A stretch of DNA of 63,426 bases, counting the filler, from Octopus bimaculoides (taxonomy: Eukaryota), in assembly GCF_001194135.2 (NCBI RefSeq). It is 6 parts of 5 records of this genome, joined end to end, with 100 filler letters (N's around TTAATTAATTAA, not from the genome) between each part and the next. Parts side by side here need not be neighbours in the genome. Positions count along the whole stretch, not along the records: positions 25,926 to 51,571 come from NC_068982.1; 5 more parts are not named here. One strand, given 5' to 3'. A model generated the notes under the pieces. It did no database searches. It saw only the letters and a program-made list of their open reading frames with translations, and was not told the DNA's origin. Below, in pieces: positions 29,092 through 41,586 of the stretch (positions within the stretch are counted from its first letter, which is position 1; every line of letters starts with the position of its first letter). A program made the position numbers and the translations under genes.

Positions 29092-29312
29092 AGGCTAGCT
29101 GGCAGAAGCGTTAGCACGTCGGGCGAAATGCTTAGCTGTATTTCGTCTGCCGTTATGTTCTGAGTTCAAATTCCGCCGAGGTCGACTTTGCCTTTCATCC
29201 TTTTGGGGTCAATTAAATAAGTACCAGTTACGCACTGGGATCGATGTAATCGGCTTAATCTCTTTGTTTGTCCCCTCTATGTTTAGCCCCTGTGGGCAAT
29301 AAAGAAATAAAT
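29092..29312 (+). mobile_element. SINE family B, full length (tRNA-like head)
   Basis: gctagctggcagaagcgttagcacgtcgggcgaaatgcttagc...gttctgagttcaaattccgccgaggtcgactttgcctttcatcc...aataaagaaataa. Confidence 0.85.
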
Positions 29313-29316
29313 ATAC

Positions 29317-29720
29317 GCACAGGCGTGGCTGTGTAGTGAGAAGTTTGCTTCCCAACCAACCACATGGTTCCAGTTTCAATTCCACTGCGTGGCTTCTTCG
29401 GCAAGTGCCTTCTACTATTGTCTCGAACCAACCAATGCCTTGTGAGTAGATTTAGTGGAGAGAAACTGAAAGAAGACCATTATATGTATCTATATGTATG
29501 TGTGTGTGTCTCTTTGTGTCTGTGTTTGTCGCCCACCACTGGTTGACAACCAGTGTTGGTTTGTTTACGTCTCTGTAACTTAGCGGTTCAGCATAAAAGA
29601 CAGATGGATTAAGAACCAGGTTTTAAAAAATGTACTAGGGTCGATTCTTTCGACTAAAAGTTTTTCAAGGCGGTGACTCAGCATGGCCGCAGTCCAATGA
29701 TTGGAGCAAGTAAATAATAA
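29317..29720 (+). mobile_element. SINE family A, near full length (tRNA-like head, central microsatellite, LINE-like tail)
   Basis: Head ggcgtggctgtgtagtgagaagtttgc...ggttccagtttcaattcc (A/B-box-like); the same head or tail is seen in more than ten places in the window. Confidence 0.85.
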
Positions 29721-31173
29721 ACAATAAGAAATATATAATATATAATACATAATTCCATTTACTTTTGGTATAAGACACCATATTGAACGGCCATTAAGTG
29801 ACATTGAACCAGCAGCAATTCATAGCAAACATGGCTGCCAGGATGAAAGAAGAGCGAATGATGTAGTGGACGTAGAGAGAAAGAAGGGAAGGATTACAGA
29901 GTGAGGGAGGGGGGGTAAATGTAGAATGGTAGGAGGATGCAGAGTGAGAAGAAGGAAAGTAAAAAGGGGAGTAAGGGGAGGAATACGAAACAATAAAACA
30001 CATCCGTTTTGGCCCCGGAAAAAAAAATTGCAGGGATATGTTTCACGGTTAATGAAGCAACTTAATTTCAATTGAAAGATTTTTACAAGAAAGAAATCTG
30101 AGTAAAAAGGCGCGAGAAAGAAAAAATACAAGGAAGGAAAGAAAGAATAAAAAGGGAGTGAATGAGAAGAAGAGAGAATGTTTGAGGACTTCAGAAGTTG
30201 GTGAGAAAAGCAAGACCATGAAGAGGTTATTAGAAGAAACGTCATAAGAAATAAAACATGAAACAAAGTAAAATAAAATAAAACATAATAAAACCAAAGA
30301 CAACCAGAAAGAAGAAAAAAAAGGAAGGTAAATGGATGAAGAATTAAAGAGAAAATTGGAAAGTAAATGAAAGGAACGGACGTGGGGAGACTTTGAAGCC
30401 CGCCATGATGGGAGGATGAAAATAAAGTATATAGAAATAAACAATAAATAAACGAGAAAATATCGAATAAAATAAAAGACATGGAAATGATGAAAGAGAA
30501 TAAAGAAAGAGGTTTTCAAAACGTTGCTGATGTAGGTACCTTGGGGCACGAACAATGGGCTGAGTGTTTCTCTCGGTAAACTCCTAAGTTGGTTCATTTG
30601 TGTTTCAAGCTAGCTTACTACGAGGCATGAAATGGTTCCTCTCTTCCCCATCTCTCTTTCTCTCCCTTTGTCTGTCTGTCTGTCTGTCTCTCTCTCTCAG
30701 CACCTCTCTCTCAGCACCTCCCTCTCAGCACCTCTCTCTCAGCACCTCTCTCTCTCTCTCCCTCTCTCTCTCTCCCCCTCTCTCTCTCTCTCCCTCTCTC
30801 TCTCTCTCTCTCCCTTCTTTGACGCCGCCATCAGCTCAGCTGACTTTGGTTAGAGAAGTAAGCAAGCTTTTCAAGCAGCAACGTTTGTAGTTGTTCTTTG
30901 TTGTTTCCNNNNNNNNNNNNNNNNNNNNNNNNNNNNNNNNNNNNNNNNNNNNNNNNNNNNNNNNNNNNNNNNNNNNNNNNNNNNNNNNNNNNNNNNNNNN
31001 NNNNNNNNNNNNNNNNNNNNNNNNNNNNNNNNNNNNNNNNNNNNNNNNNNNNNNNNNNNNNNNNNNNNNNNNNNNNNNNNNNNNNNNNNNNNNNNNNNNN
31101 NNNNNNNNNNNNNNNNNNNNNNNNNNNNNNNNNNNNNNNNNNNNNNNNNNNNNNNNNNNNNNNNNATATATAT

Positions 31174-31218
<45 letters not shown>

Positions 31219-31464
31219 CGAGAGAGATTGAAAGCACACCCCTGAGAAAAAAATAAAAAGGGATGAACAAGACAAAGAATGTATATCTTCTACATATACA
31301 ATATATTCTTTCTTTCTTTCTCTCTCCAATAAATATAACTATACGTGTATTTCTTGTTCTTCACAAGTTGGCAATTATTATCTTTTTCGGCTACTTTTAG
31401 ACTTCCAGAAGTTCTTGTAGCCCTTACACGCACACACACGCAAACTGCATAAATACATACATTG

Positions 31465-31718
31465 GAATTAACGTGCAAGTGGCTGAGCACTCCACAGACA
31501 CGCGTACCCTTAACGTAGTTCTCAGGGAGATTTCAGCGTGACACAGAATGTAACAAGGGTGGCCCCTTTGAATTACAGGTACAACTCATTTTTGCCAGTT
31601 GAAAGGACTGGAGCAACGTGAAATAGTGTCTGCTCAAGGACGAAACGAGCCGCCGGGAATCGAACTCACAACCTTACGATAGTGAGCTGGATACCCTAAC
31701 CACTAATCCACGCGCCTT
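31465..31718 (-). mobile_element. SINE family C copy
   Basis: Reverse complement of the family C head and core. Confidence 0.85.
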
Positions 31719-31869
31719 GTACGTACAAACACACACATATTTAATAATAAGCAATTTAAATTGTGGTTGGCTGGTTGGTCGGTAGGTGAGTTGATTTTTC
31801 CAGTCACACTTCATATCATATAGAGAAACTTGGAGAGAGCGGGAGAGAGAGAGATGGGTAGAGAGGGAG

Positions 31870-31918
<49 letters not shown>

Positions 31919-32279
31919 GAGAAAGTGAGAGAAAGTGCGTGTGTGTGGTGGGGAGGCAGTATGAGTGTTTTATAGTTTTCTGAAAAATATACATTTTTGT
32001 TTTTTTTATGAAATTTTGCAGAGATGTTGATAAAAATTTAGAAAAATTCTAATATATATTCATTGCGAACATACAAATGAAAAACTTGCTTTATTTTTTA
32101 TTTTTTTTTTTTAGTTATATTTTAAGGTAATAAATATTTTTCTTTTGAAAATTTGTATTCGTTTCATCATTTTGTATTAGTAAGAAAAAACTTGATAAAA
32201 GTTAAATTGCTATTATTGTATGTTATTCGTTATATAACGGGTAACATTCTAGTGCATCCATGCATACATACATACATAA

Positions 32280-32825
32280 AGAGAAACTCTGTACAGTTGT
32301 GGAAATTAGCTGCCCAGCGGATGTTAAGGCCGAAGATCAGGGAAAAGAGAACACCTACGCTGAACTATTGAGAAATCTGCAGTTACTCTTTCCAGATTAC
32401 AAGTTCAGGTTTATACCTGTAATTATTGGGGTCCTGGGATATGTAACACACTGCCTAAATAACAATCTTTAGAGATTAGGGTTCTCAAAACTAGAAAGGA
32501 GAAAGCTAATTCGAAGACTACAGATCCAATCCATCACTGGAACTGTAAACACCTGTAAAATTTTCCAGAAATTTATCATTTAAATATATATGAGCATGTC
32601 TAGATATGTAGCTATATGCATGAGAATACATACATAAGGCAAAACATACATGTCTGCACATACATAAATACATACATACGTACACACACATACATACATA
32701 CATACATACATACATACATACATACATACATACATACAAACTAACAAAAATACCCTGTTGTTGATGTTGAAATTCCAATGAAGAAGCCTTGGATCTAGGT
32801 TAGAAACCGGTTCTTTCTCTATTGG
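32280..32825 (+). mobile_element. R4/Dong-like (RLE-type) non-LTR retrotransposon 3' end with microsatellite-containing tail
   Basis: CTVVEISCPADV...KENTYAELLRNLQLLFPDYKFRFIPVIIGVLGYV...IQSITGTV, a restriction-like endonuclease C-terminus. Confidence 0.75.
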
Positions 32826-32869
32826 CATACATACATTCATACACGCACACTCATATATATACATTTCGT

Positions 32870-33660
32870 CCGTCTCACAACCACTTTTTGCTGCAATTAT
32901 CTTTGGGAATCTACCATGCAAAGCCTTCCCCTGCCAGTCACATAACTTTTGTTCTTTTTTCTGGCTTTTGATTTCGTTTGGGTTTTTGGTTTCCCTGTAT
33001 CTTGCTGTGACTCTACCAGCTTTTAATAAACTTTCTCCACTATTACCTACATAGGAGTCTCTATCTACTCTAGATAACACCATGCAGTCTTCTGATATTA
33101 ACCCTCTTCCGCCTTCCTTTCTAGGGTAGGTGTAATCTTGCTATTCCTGCCCTTGGGTGGAGTCTTTTATTCATATTGTATTCCTTCCTCGTTCTTCTAT
33201 CTAGCTTTGCTAATTCAGTTTTTGTCCAATGTACAGAAAATGCTGAGTATCTAAGTAACAATACTGCCCAAGTATTTACAGCCTTCACTAGATTCGAACC
33301 ATTTAGCTTTGTATTCATTAGCTTCTTCATTCTTCTGATGTACTCCTCCTCAATTTTCGTTTTCATTTCTGTAGTTAGTTCTCTGTCAGATTCTAATGCT
33401 CCTAGACACTTGTAACTCTCTCCTTCTTTCAATGATTTTAATGTCTGGCTATTCGGTAATTGGATGCCTTCACTGTTGACTACCTGTCCCCTTTTCATGA
33501 CTAATATTGCACACTTAACTATGCCAAATTCCATGTCTATATCTTTCCTGAACAGTCTTATAGTTTGTATTAAGGAATCTATCTCTTTTTCATTTTTATT
33601 AAAAAGCTTCTGATGATCCATGTAGAGCAAATGGTTAATTTTTAAACTGATACGCAGCCT
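32870..33660 (-). mobile_element. R4/Dong-like retrotransposon RT/thumb fragment
   Basis: LYMDH (YMDD-like), DIDMEFGIVKCA, YKCLG, KLNGSNLVKAVNTWAV, LDRRTRK, HPRA...LHLPRKEGGRGL, WQGKALHGRF. Confidence 0.85.
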
Positions 33661-33889
33661 AAATAAGGAAAATATTTCGGTTTCTTGAGATGGCTGACAT
33701 TAAAACATAGTTTTCTTTCATTTTTTTTTGCGGGTTCTTAACCCCTGTTTCGTGATGGTTTGAAATTTGATCTCTCCTCCCGGCAGTTCGTTGTTACACG
33801 TTCATGCTGTTTGCTATTATTATTACTACTACTACTATTATTATTATTATTATTATTAATACTTTTTTTCTTCCGTTCCTATTTTTCAG

Positions 33890-35426
33890 TGACATAAAGA
33901 ATAAAGATGTCCCGATCCAGTTGGAACAAACGTTAACCCATACCAACTCAAACTACGCTTCCACAAGTGAACGCAGCACCCCACGTATGGCCAAAGTTCG
34001 AAGCAATCGAATCAAGGCTCGTCGATCACCCTACCCCCATTTGTCCGATGGCTCTGACTACAGCAATGACTACTCAGAAAGACAGACCACCACTTATGAC
34101 TATATCCCAGACATGTCGATGCCAGTGCAGGGTTACCAAAGCGTTATGTACCAACACCCGCACGAAAGCATGGATCGCTACAACAGCCTCTATACGTCAC
34201 CCTATTCTCACCCGGCAAGCATGGGCATGTACAGGGACAGCGCATGTGTCTATCCATACCAAGCCCACCAAAGATATTTCGACGACCCTAGCCCTTACAG
34301 GACTTACGAAGAACGTTATTATTCTAACAGGGATACTTCAAACTATCAGGGGTTTGTGGGTTCCACTCAACCAATTCTTGAAGCTAATCCAACTCCAACT
34401 CTACGGTTGGGACTCGGTGAGAATGAAGCTGGGCGCGAGAACTACCGTCAGACAGACAGTTCGCAATCGTCTTCAGCTATTCAGCAGTATGACTATCGGA
34501 CGACTGGTGCATGTTCGGGGAACAGCTCTCAAGATGCTGCGTCTTCTAGCTACAATGCACCTAGTAATATGACAGGCAGCAATAGCTATACGGCTCCGTA
34601 TAGCAACCGGTCTGAATCGTCTGCCTCTGAAGTCGACGTTGTGAATGAAGAATTCGATAAACGCCACACGTCCATTCATTCTCACAGACCAACTGACCGA
34701 CTCTCGACAGCAGGTGGTAACAGTAACGGAACAACTACCGCCATTGTCGTTCCCGCTGTAGTTTCTTCTTCCTCCTCTTCTTCTTCTTCTGTTTCTGCTT
34801 CCATTAACGGAACCGGAAGTTCTAAGTACGAAACGCTGTTGGATGCTTCCCATTTAGTGAAGGAAGAGAGCTACAAACCGCAGCCCACGGACCAACAGCA
34901 TTCGGCCAACGCCCAGCTAAACCCTAATATCTCTTCCACCCAGCGGGACTCGGTTCATCAATCTGTGATCATGCGCAGACAGTCGAATCAAACGTACCAC
35001 GTGGGTAAAGATCCGAGGAGTGGTGGCAACAACAGCGCCAATAATACGACTAGCGGCAGGAATAGTGTTGGTAGCAGCAATGGCAATACAGGGGGCAGCA
35101 GCAGTACGGCAAACAGCCACACGCACCATAATAGCAACCCTCACAGCCAACAGCACCAGCAGCACCATCAACACCACAATAATAACCAACAGCAACACCA
35201 CCATCACCAGCAGCAGCAGCAATCACATCATCAGCAGCAGCAACAGCAGCAGCAGCAGCAGCAGCAGCAACTCCACTCACATCATCATCACCAAGCACAA
35301 CACCAACAGCACCACCAGCACAGACAACAGCATTCACATTTACAAAGCAGTAACATAAACAGCAACAACACTAACAACAACAACATCTCGAGCCACAGCA
35401 CGAGTAATCATAATATTATAATTAGC

Positions 35427-35457
<31 letters not shown>

Positions 35458-36374
35458 GCAACAACAACAACAACAACAACAACAATAATAATAATAACAG
35501 TACTAATCACAACTCGACAGCCCCAGCCTCCTCATCGGCATCCTCTTCATCAGCATTAGAGTCAGCAACATTATCATTATCACTATCATCATCATCGTCT
35601 TCTTCTTCTTCCTCTTCTTCCTCCTCCTCGTCTTCTTCCTCCACCTCTTCCTCCTCGGTGGTGGCCGTGGGTGATTACGACATGTCCCAGCATGTCTACC
35701 TTAAATCACATCCATCGATGGCCAACAACACCACGCTACATCACCACCACCAACAACAACACCAACAACACCAACAACAACAACAGCACCAACATCACCA
35801 GCAGCAGCAGCAGCAGCAACACCACCATCAACAACAACAACAACAGCAACACCACCATCATCATCACCACGAGGAACTGAAAAGGTCAGCTGCTGCTACT
35901 GCTGCAGCGGCGGCGGCTGGGACGGTCGTCGTTGGCGTTGGTGACCCCACGGCCCAGCCGACGGTGTCAACGGTGCTGTCCGACGGTGTCATCGCCCCAA
36001 ACCTGACGCCGAACGGCGGCGGCGGCGCCGGCGTTCTTGCGACAGCGACAGCATCGCCAACAACAGCAGCAACGTCGGTGACGTCAGCGACGTCGGTGAG
36101 CGCACACAAGCTGTTGGATATGCGTTCACTGCAAGAGAAGTCGTTAGCAGCGGCGGCTGCGGCGGCTGCTGCCGCGGCCGCTGCTGCTGAACAGGACGCT
36201 TACACCACTTGCCTGAAAGCCGCCTGCGGCTACGACGGCTACGCTCAAGCTGGTATATACCAGTCGGCGCCCATTCAGCCGCAACGCCCCTATCCTATGA
36301 TTCCTCAGGCAGGTTATACGAGTGTCATTGTCGATGCACAGCAATACCAAATGGCAAATGGCTACGTTCACTGA
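33890..36374 (+). CDS. sim: Terminal coding exon of single-minded (bHLH-PAS TF): post-PAS linker, NLS-like segment and low-complexity C-terminal region (827 full codons)
   Basis: Pyrimidine tract plus ttttcag acceptor at 33888-33889 (phase 2), with an uninterrupted frame to TGA. It starts (S)DIKNKDVPIQLEQ, resembling the SIM post-PAC 'TDTEYKGLQLSLDQ'. RMAKVRSNRIKARRSPYP resembles the SIM1/SIM2 NLS (KSRTSPYP / KLRTNPYP). The C-terminal YTSVIV resembles the SIM1 terminal GTSVII. The ORF-track start at 33804 is intronic (ATT repeat). Confidence 0.8.
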
Positions 36375-36545
36375 GCAACAGACATCCGGTTTCACACGAG
36401 CAGCGGCAACAGCAGCAGCAGCAGCAGCAGCAGCGCCCCCTACATAATGGTGCAGAGCCTTTCTTCCTCCATTATATACATACGCGCGCGCACACACATA
36501 TATACATACACATATATACACACACATATATATAACTATATTTGT

Positions 36546-36592
<47 letters not shown>

Positions 36593-36627
36593 CATGCATA
36601 CATAATACATACATACATATGTATGTT

Positions 36628-36658
<31 letters not shown>

Positions 36659-37530
36659 GTATATGTGTGTGTGTGCATGCATGTGTCAATGTATGTATGT
36701 ATGCATGTATGTATGGATGGATGGATGGACGGATAAACGGAAGAACGTGAAGACAGACGAAGAAAGTTATTCAAATTCTGGAGATAAGACAACACAAGGT
36801 GAAACCAAGAAACAGAAATATGGAAAAGTTTTATAAAACAATCAAAACAAATAAATAACGATAAAAAAAACGCTGCGACAAGGAAGAAGAACAACAATAA
36901 TTCTAATGATTCATAAAATTTGAAGTCTCTCGGGGTTGAATAAAAGGCGATGAGCGGAACCCCAAAAAGTGGAATGAAAAAAAATTAATAATAATCATTT
37001 GTACATTTGAAATTAATTAAAAGGAACGTAAAGGAAATGATTATTAATTGAAAACTGAAACATTAATAATTATAATTATTAAAAAAAATTAACTGACATT
37101 GTGGTCTTTGTGCAGATTAATATTGTTGATGCTGGGGAGGAGAATAACGATGGACATACGACATGGAAGCGTGTTTGTGTGTCTGAAGTGTCATAATCCA
37201 ACATGGCGGTGAAAATGGGAGATAAATATTGCAAGGGAGATAAATAACTGTAAGAAGAAAGTGAGATGATTAACGATAATAGAAAAAAACAAAGGAGTAA
37301 GGGATACGTAAATAAAAGAGTCAAACTCCACCAATCAAATATCTGATCTTGATGAAAAACTACGTTGATGATAATAAACCAATGAATAAAACACAATAAA
37401 AATATAATAAAACAAATATCTCCAGAAGAGAAGAGCGACAAAAAAAATTTATTGTAATTATTATTATATTGATATTATTATTAATATTATGTCGCTTAGA
37501 ATTTATATAAATGTAACTGAAAATAAAGAA
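36375..37530 (+). other. Probable sim 3' UTR with microsatellites and candidate poly(A) signals
   Basis: A-rich sequence after the stop codon; AATAAA at 36939, 37385 and 37522. The true end is unknown. Confidence 0.5.
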
Positions 37531-38071
37531 TTTTAATAAACAAAATGAAAATAAGCAAATATCAACCACAAGAATAACAAAAAGAAAAAGAAAAAGAAAT
37601 ATATATTGAATTTAAAACGACAAAAAGGCGGAAAAATAGCAAAGACAATATTTAAACAGAAACAATGAAAAACTGAAATTTTGTTCGTTTTTTTTTTTTT
37701 TTTNNNNNNNNNNNNNNNNNNNNNNNNNNNNNNNNNNNNNNNNNNNNNNNNNNNNNNNNNNNNNNNNNNNNNNNNNNNNNNNNNNNNNNNNNNNNNNNNN
37801 NNNNNNNNNNNNNNNNNNNNNNNNNNNNNNNNNNNNNNNNNNNNNNNNNNNNNNNNNNNNNNNNNNNNNNNNNNNNNNNNNNNNNNNNNNNNNNNNNNNN
37901 NNNNNNNNNNNNNNNNNNNNNNNNNNNNNNNNNNNNNNNNNNNNNNNNNNNNNNNNNNNNNNNNNNNNNNNNNNNNNNNNNNNNNNNNNNNNNNNNNNNN
38001 NNNNNNNNNNNNNNNNNNNNNNNNNNNNNNNNNNNNNNNNNNNNNNNNNNNNNNNNNNNNNNNNNNNNNNN

Positions 38072-38143
<72 letters not shown>

Positions 38144-39505
38144 GCGATGAAAATAAGTTTGAAGCGCTTGGAAATAAGATGCAGAAGTTGTTTTTTTTTC
38201 GTGAGATTCTAGCGACACAACTGGTTATTATAGTAGAACCGCCGAGTGAAATTGGTTAAGACAGCGCCCTCTTTCTGAGAAACATTGTTATATCTAGATA
38301 AAGAACCAGGGAAATTATTATACTGAGACACGTGGTGTGCCCTGGTGGCCATTTATTTTAAGGGAGATATCATTTCTAGATATATTTTTGCGATGTTATA
38401 AGTTTGAATTTTAAATTGAGAAACAAGAAGAAAGTGCATAAAATACATATATTAAATTTTCTTTTATTTGCTTATTTATTAGAAAGATCATAAAATTTGC
38501 AGTCATTGGCAATTATGTATAGCACCATTTCATTCTTATTAGAAACTGTTAGCATGATATAACCTGAAGTAAATCCATTAAGTTAAATATTTTACTTATG
38601 AATGATGAATTCTGGTGATGGTATAGAAACCATTACTCGGTTAGCTTATGTCCTGGTGCTCTCGACGGCTACGTCACATCATACACATTGTCCTCAAACG
38701 TTTTCATATGTACTTGGATAACATTTAACATGAATGAGGCATTGCTAGATATTTATGATTGATCCATAACTTTGAGAGCCGATCGGCGGCAAATTGATAG
38801 AATCATTAGACTGTAGGATAAAGCAGGTTAAGCTGATTGTTTCGACTCACTGCGTTCTGAGTTCAAATCCTCGTTGGTTGTAGTTTGGGATCAGTGAAAT
38901 AAGATATAATGACTATATCTACGGACATTATACTCCTATACTGTTGTGTTTACTCTTATTTTTTAAGCGTTTTGAATTCTTGGAAGGAAGGAAGGAAGAA
39001 GCCGAATCAGGTGGTCTAGTGGTTAGGATGTTGCATTCACGAAGCGCAAGATTCTGATGTCGAATGCCAAACCGGATGGTGAATTGCATTCTTCAGCAAA
39101 ACACTTCATTTCCCATTGTTGCAGTCCACTTCACTAAAATGCAAATGTGTAACCCAGCGAAGGACTGGAGTCCCGTTCAGGGAAAATTGTTCAGATCTCG
39201 GTTACTCATACGCTATAGAAACCAGGTAACCGACACGATGAGTCGGTTTAAAACGGCCACATGGTATCTTAGCAGTGGTGGTGGTGGTGGTGGAAGTGTC
39301 CAGCAGATTTCACTCTGTGGCAAAGACTCATGCCATCGCCAATCTCGGAAGCACTGAAAAATGTATATAGAAATAAATGTAGAATAATATCAAAAAATAA
39401 TTAAAACAAAGAGCTGATATTAATTAAAAATTATTAGATAATTGTAAAGTGATAGGANNNNNNNNNNNNNNNNNNNNNNNNNNNNNNNNNNNNNNNNNNN
39501 NNNNN

Positions 39506-39543
<38 letters not shown>

Positions 39544-39869
39544 GATAGAGGCGAACTGTAGGAATGAGTGCTCAACACCGCATTTGGTGAATAGAAATAT
39601 TTGTGGATAAACAATGCCACCATTGGGAACGAGTTAATCGCCAAATATAACATACATGTGTGCGAGTGTGTATGTTCGTATATATATGCATATATGATAT
39701 ATATTATGTATATGTATGTATTGTGTATGTAAAGGTACGTAAATATATGTACACACTTTTGTATATGAATACACAGATAAACATAGTAAGTATACACGCA
39801 TAGACACACACACACACACACACACGCACACATATATACAAATCTATTTATATATTAAGTTATATATAT

Positions 39870-39917
<48 letters not shown>

Positions 39918-41431
39918 NNNNNNNNNNNNNNNNNNNNNNNNNNNNNNNNNNNNNNNNNNNNNNNNNNNNNNNNNNNNNNNNNNNNNNNNNNNNNNNNNNN
40001 NNNNNNNNNNNNNNNNNNNNNNNNNNNNNNNNNNNNNNNNNNNNNNNNNNNNNNNNNNNNNNNNNNNNNNNNNNNNNNNNNNNNNNNNNNNNNNNNNNNN
40101 NNNNNNNNNNNNNNNNNNNNNNNNNNNNNNNNNNNNNNNNNNNNNNNNNNNNNNNNNNNNNNNNNNNNNNNNNNNNNNNNNNNNNNNNNNNNNNNNNNNN
40201 NNNNNNNNNNNNNNNNNNNNNNNNNNNNNNNNNNNNNNNNNNNNNNNNNNNNNNNNNNNNNNNNNNNNNNNNNNNNNNNNNNNNNNNNNNNNNNNNNNNN
40301 NNNNNNNNNNNNNNNNNNNNNNNNNNNNNNNNNNNNNNNNNNNNNNNNNNNNNNNNNNNNNNNNNNNNNNNNNNNNNNNNNNNNNNNNNNNNNNNNNNNN
40401 NNNNNNNNNNNNNNNNNNNNNNNNNNNNNNNNNNNNNNNNNNNNNNNNNNNNNNNNNNNNNNNNNNNNNNNNNNNNNNNNNNNNNNNNNNNNNNNNNNNN
40501 NNNNNNNNNNNNNNNNNNNNNNNNNNNNNNNNNNNNNNNNNNNNNNNNNNNNNNNNNNNNNNNNNNNNNNNNNNNNNNNNNNNNNNNNNNNNNNNNNNNN
40601 NNNNNNNNNNNNNNNNNNNNNNNNNNNNNNNNNNNNNNNNNNNNNNNNNNNNTATATATATATACATATGTATATATATATATATATATAAATGTGTGTG
40701 TGTGTATACATATATATATATATATATATATACATATACATACATATATATATATATGTCTGTGTGTGTGTGTATATATATATTTATATATATACCTATA
40801 TATATATATAGATAATTTTTTTAAATATATGTATAGTATGTAATATACATATAAATACTGTTACAATACACACACACACACACAGAGGCAGACAAACACA
40901 TATAAATACGCAAATACGTACATACACACGTACATTCATGCATGCATACAAACATACAAACATACATACATACATACACACACATATACATCTGCAGTGT
41001 TTGTTCTTTGCACCATCAGAGAACGCCGACGAAGTGAGGTTTTCTACAAACTCTACAAACCACCCGGAGATCAGAAATCAGTTTAGTATAATAATAAAAA
41101 TGAAAGAAAAACTTTCTGTTCCAAACCATAATTCAACGTGTTTCTTGTTAATCTTGTCAATTCTTACGTTTATGATGTTTTAAATCAGATTTGCCATTAT
41201 CTTTTGAAAGATTGCAATTGGAATTAATGAACACATGTAGCTATTGTGGTTGTTTTGTTTTAATTTGTTAATTATTTGGTTTTGAATATCAAAGAATCTA
41301 AGACAATCTCCATATTCTTGTGACTCCAAAGAACGTCATTCATGTGCTCATCATATTTGGTTAGAATGAAATGTTTAAATGTTTGTATTTATATTATTTA
41401 GTGGTATGCATGTATGTATGCATGAATATTT

Positions 41432-41586
41432 GGGTGTATGGTAAGAAGCTTGCTTCCCAGCCACATGGTTCTGGGTTCAGTCCCACTGCGTAGCACCTTG
41501 GGCAAGTATCTTCTACTATAGCTTCGGGCCGACCAAAGCCTTGCGAGTGGATTTGGTAGACAGAAACTGAAAGTAGTCCGTCACAT
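41432..41586 (+). mobile_element. SINE family A head, running into a gap
   Basis: Matches 45563-45727. Confidence 0.8.

Noticed and set aside
29092-29190. tRNA genes
   Set aside because: A/B-box-like sequences are SINE heads continuing into SINE bodies; no complete cloverleaf was evident.
33804-33889. N-terminal MLFAIIITTTTIIIIIIIN of the 856-aa ORF
   Set aside because: It is an intronic (ATT)n and pyrimidine tract upstream of the splice acceptor, not a signal peptide.
36375-36535. In-frame poly-S extension after the sim stop (possible readthrough)
   Set aside because: The TGA-G context is not the leaky one, the extension decays into dinucleotide repeat, and the stop follows a conserved-looking terminal motif.
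38325-38345. ACGTG (CNS midline element) sites as sim autoregulation
   Set aside because: A 5-mer expected often by chance; many instances lie inside SINEs and I see no clustering.
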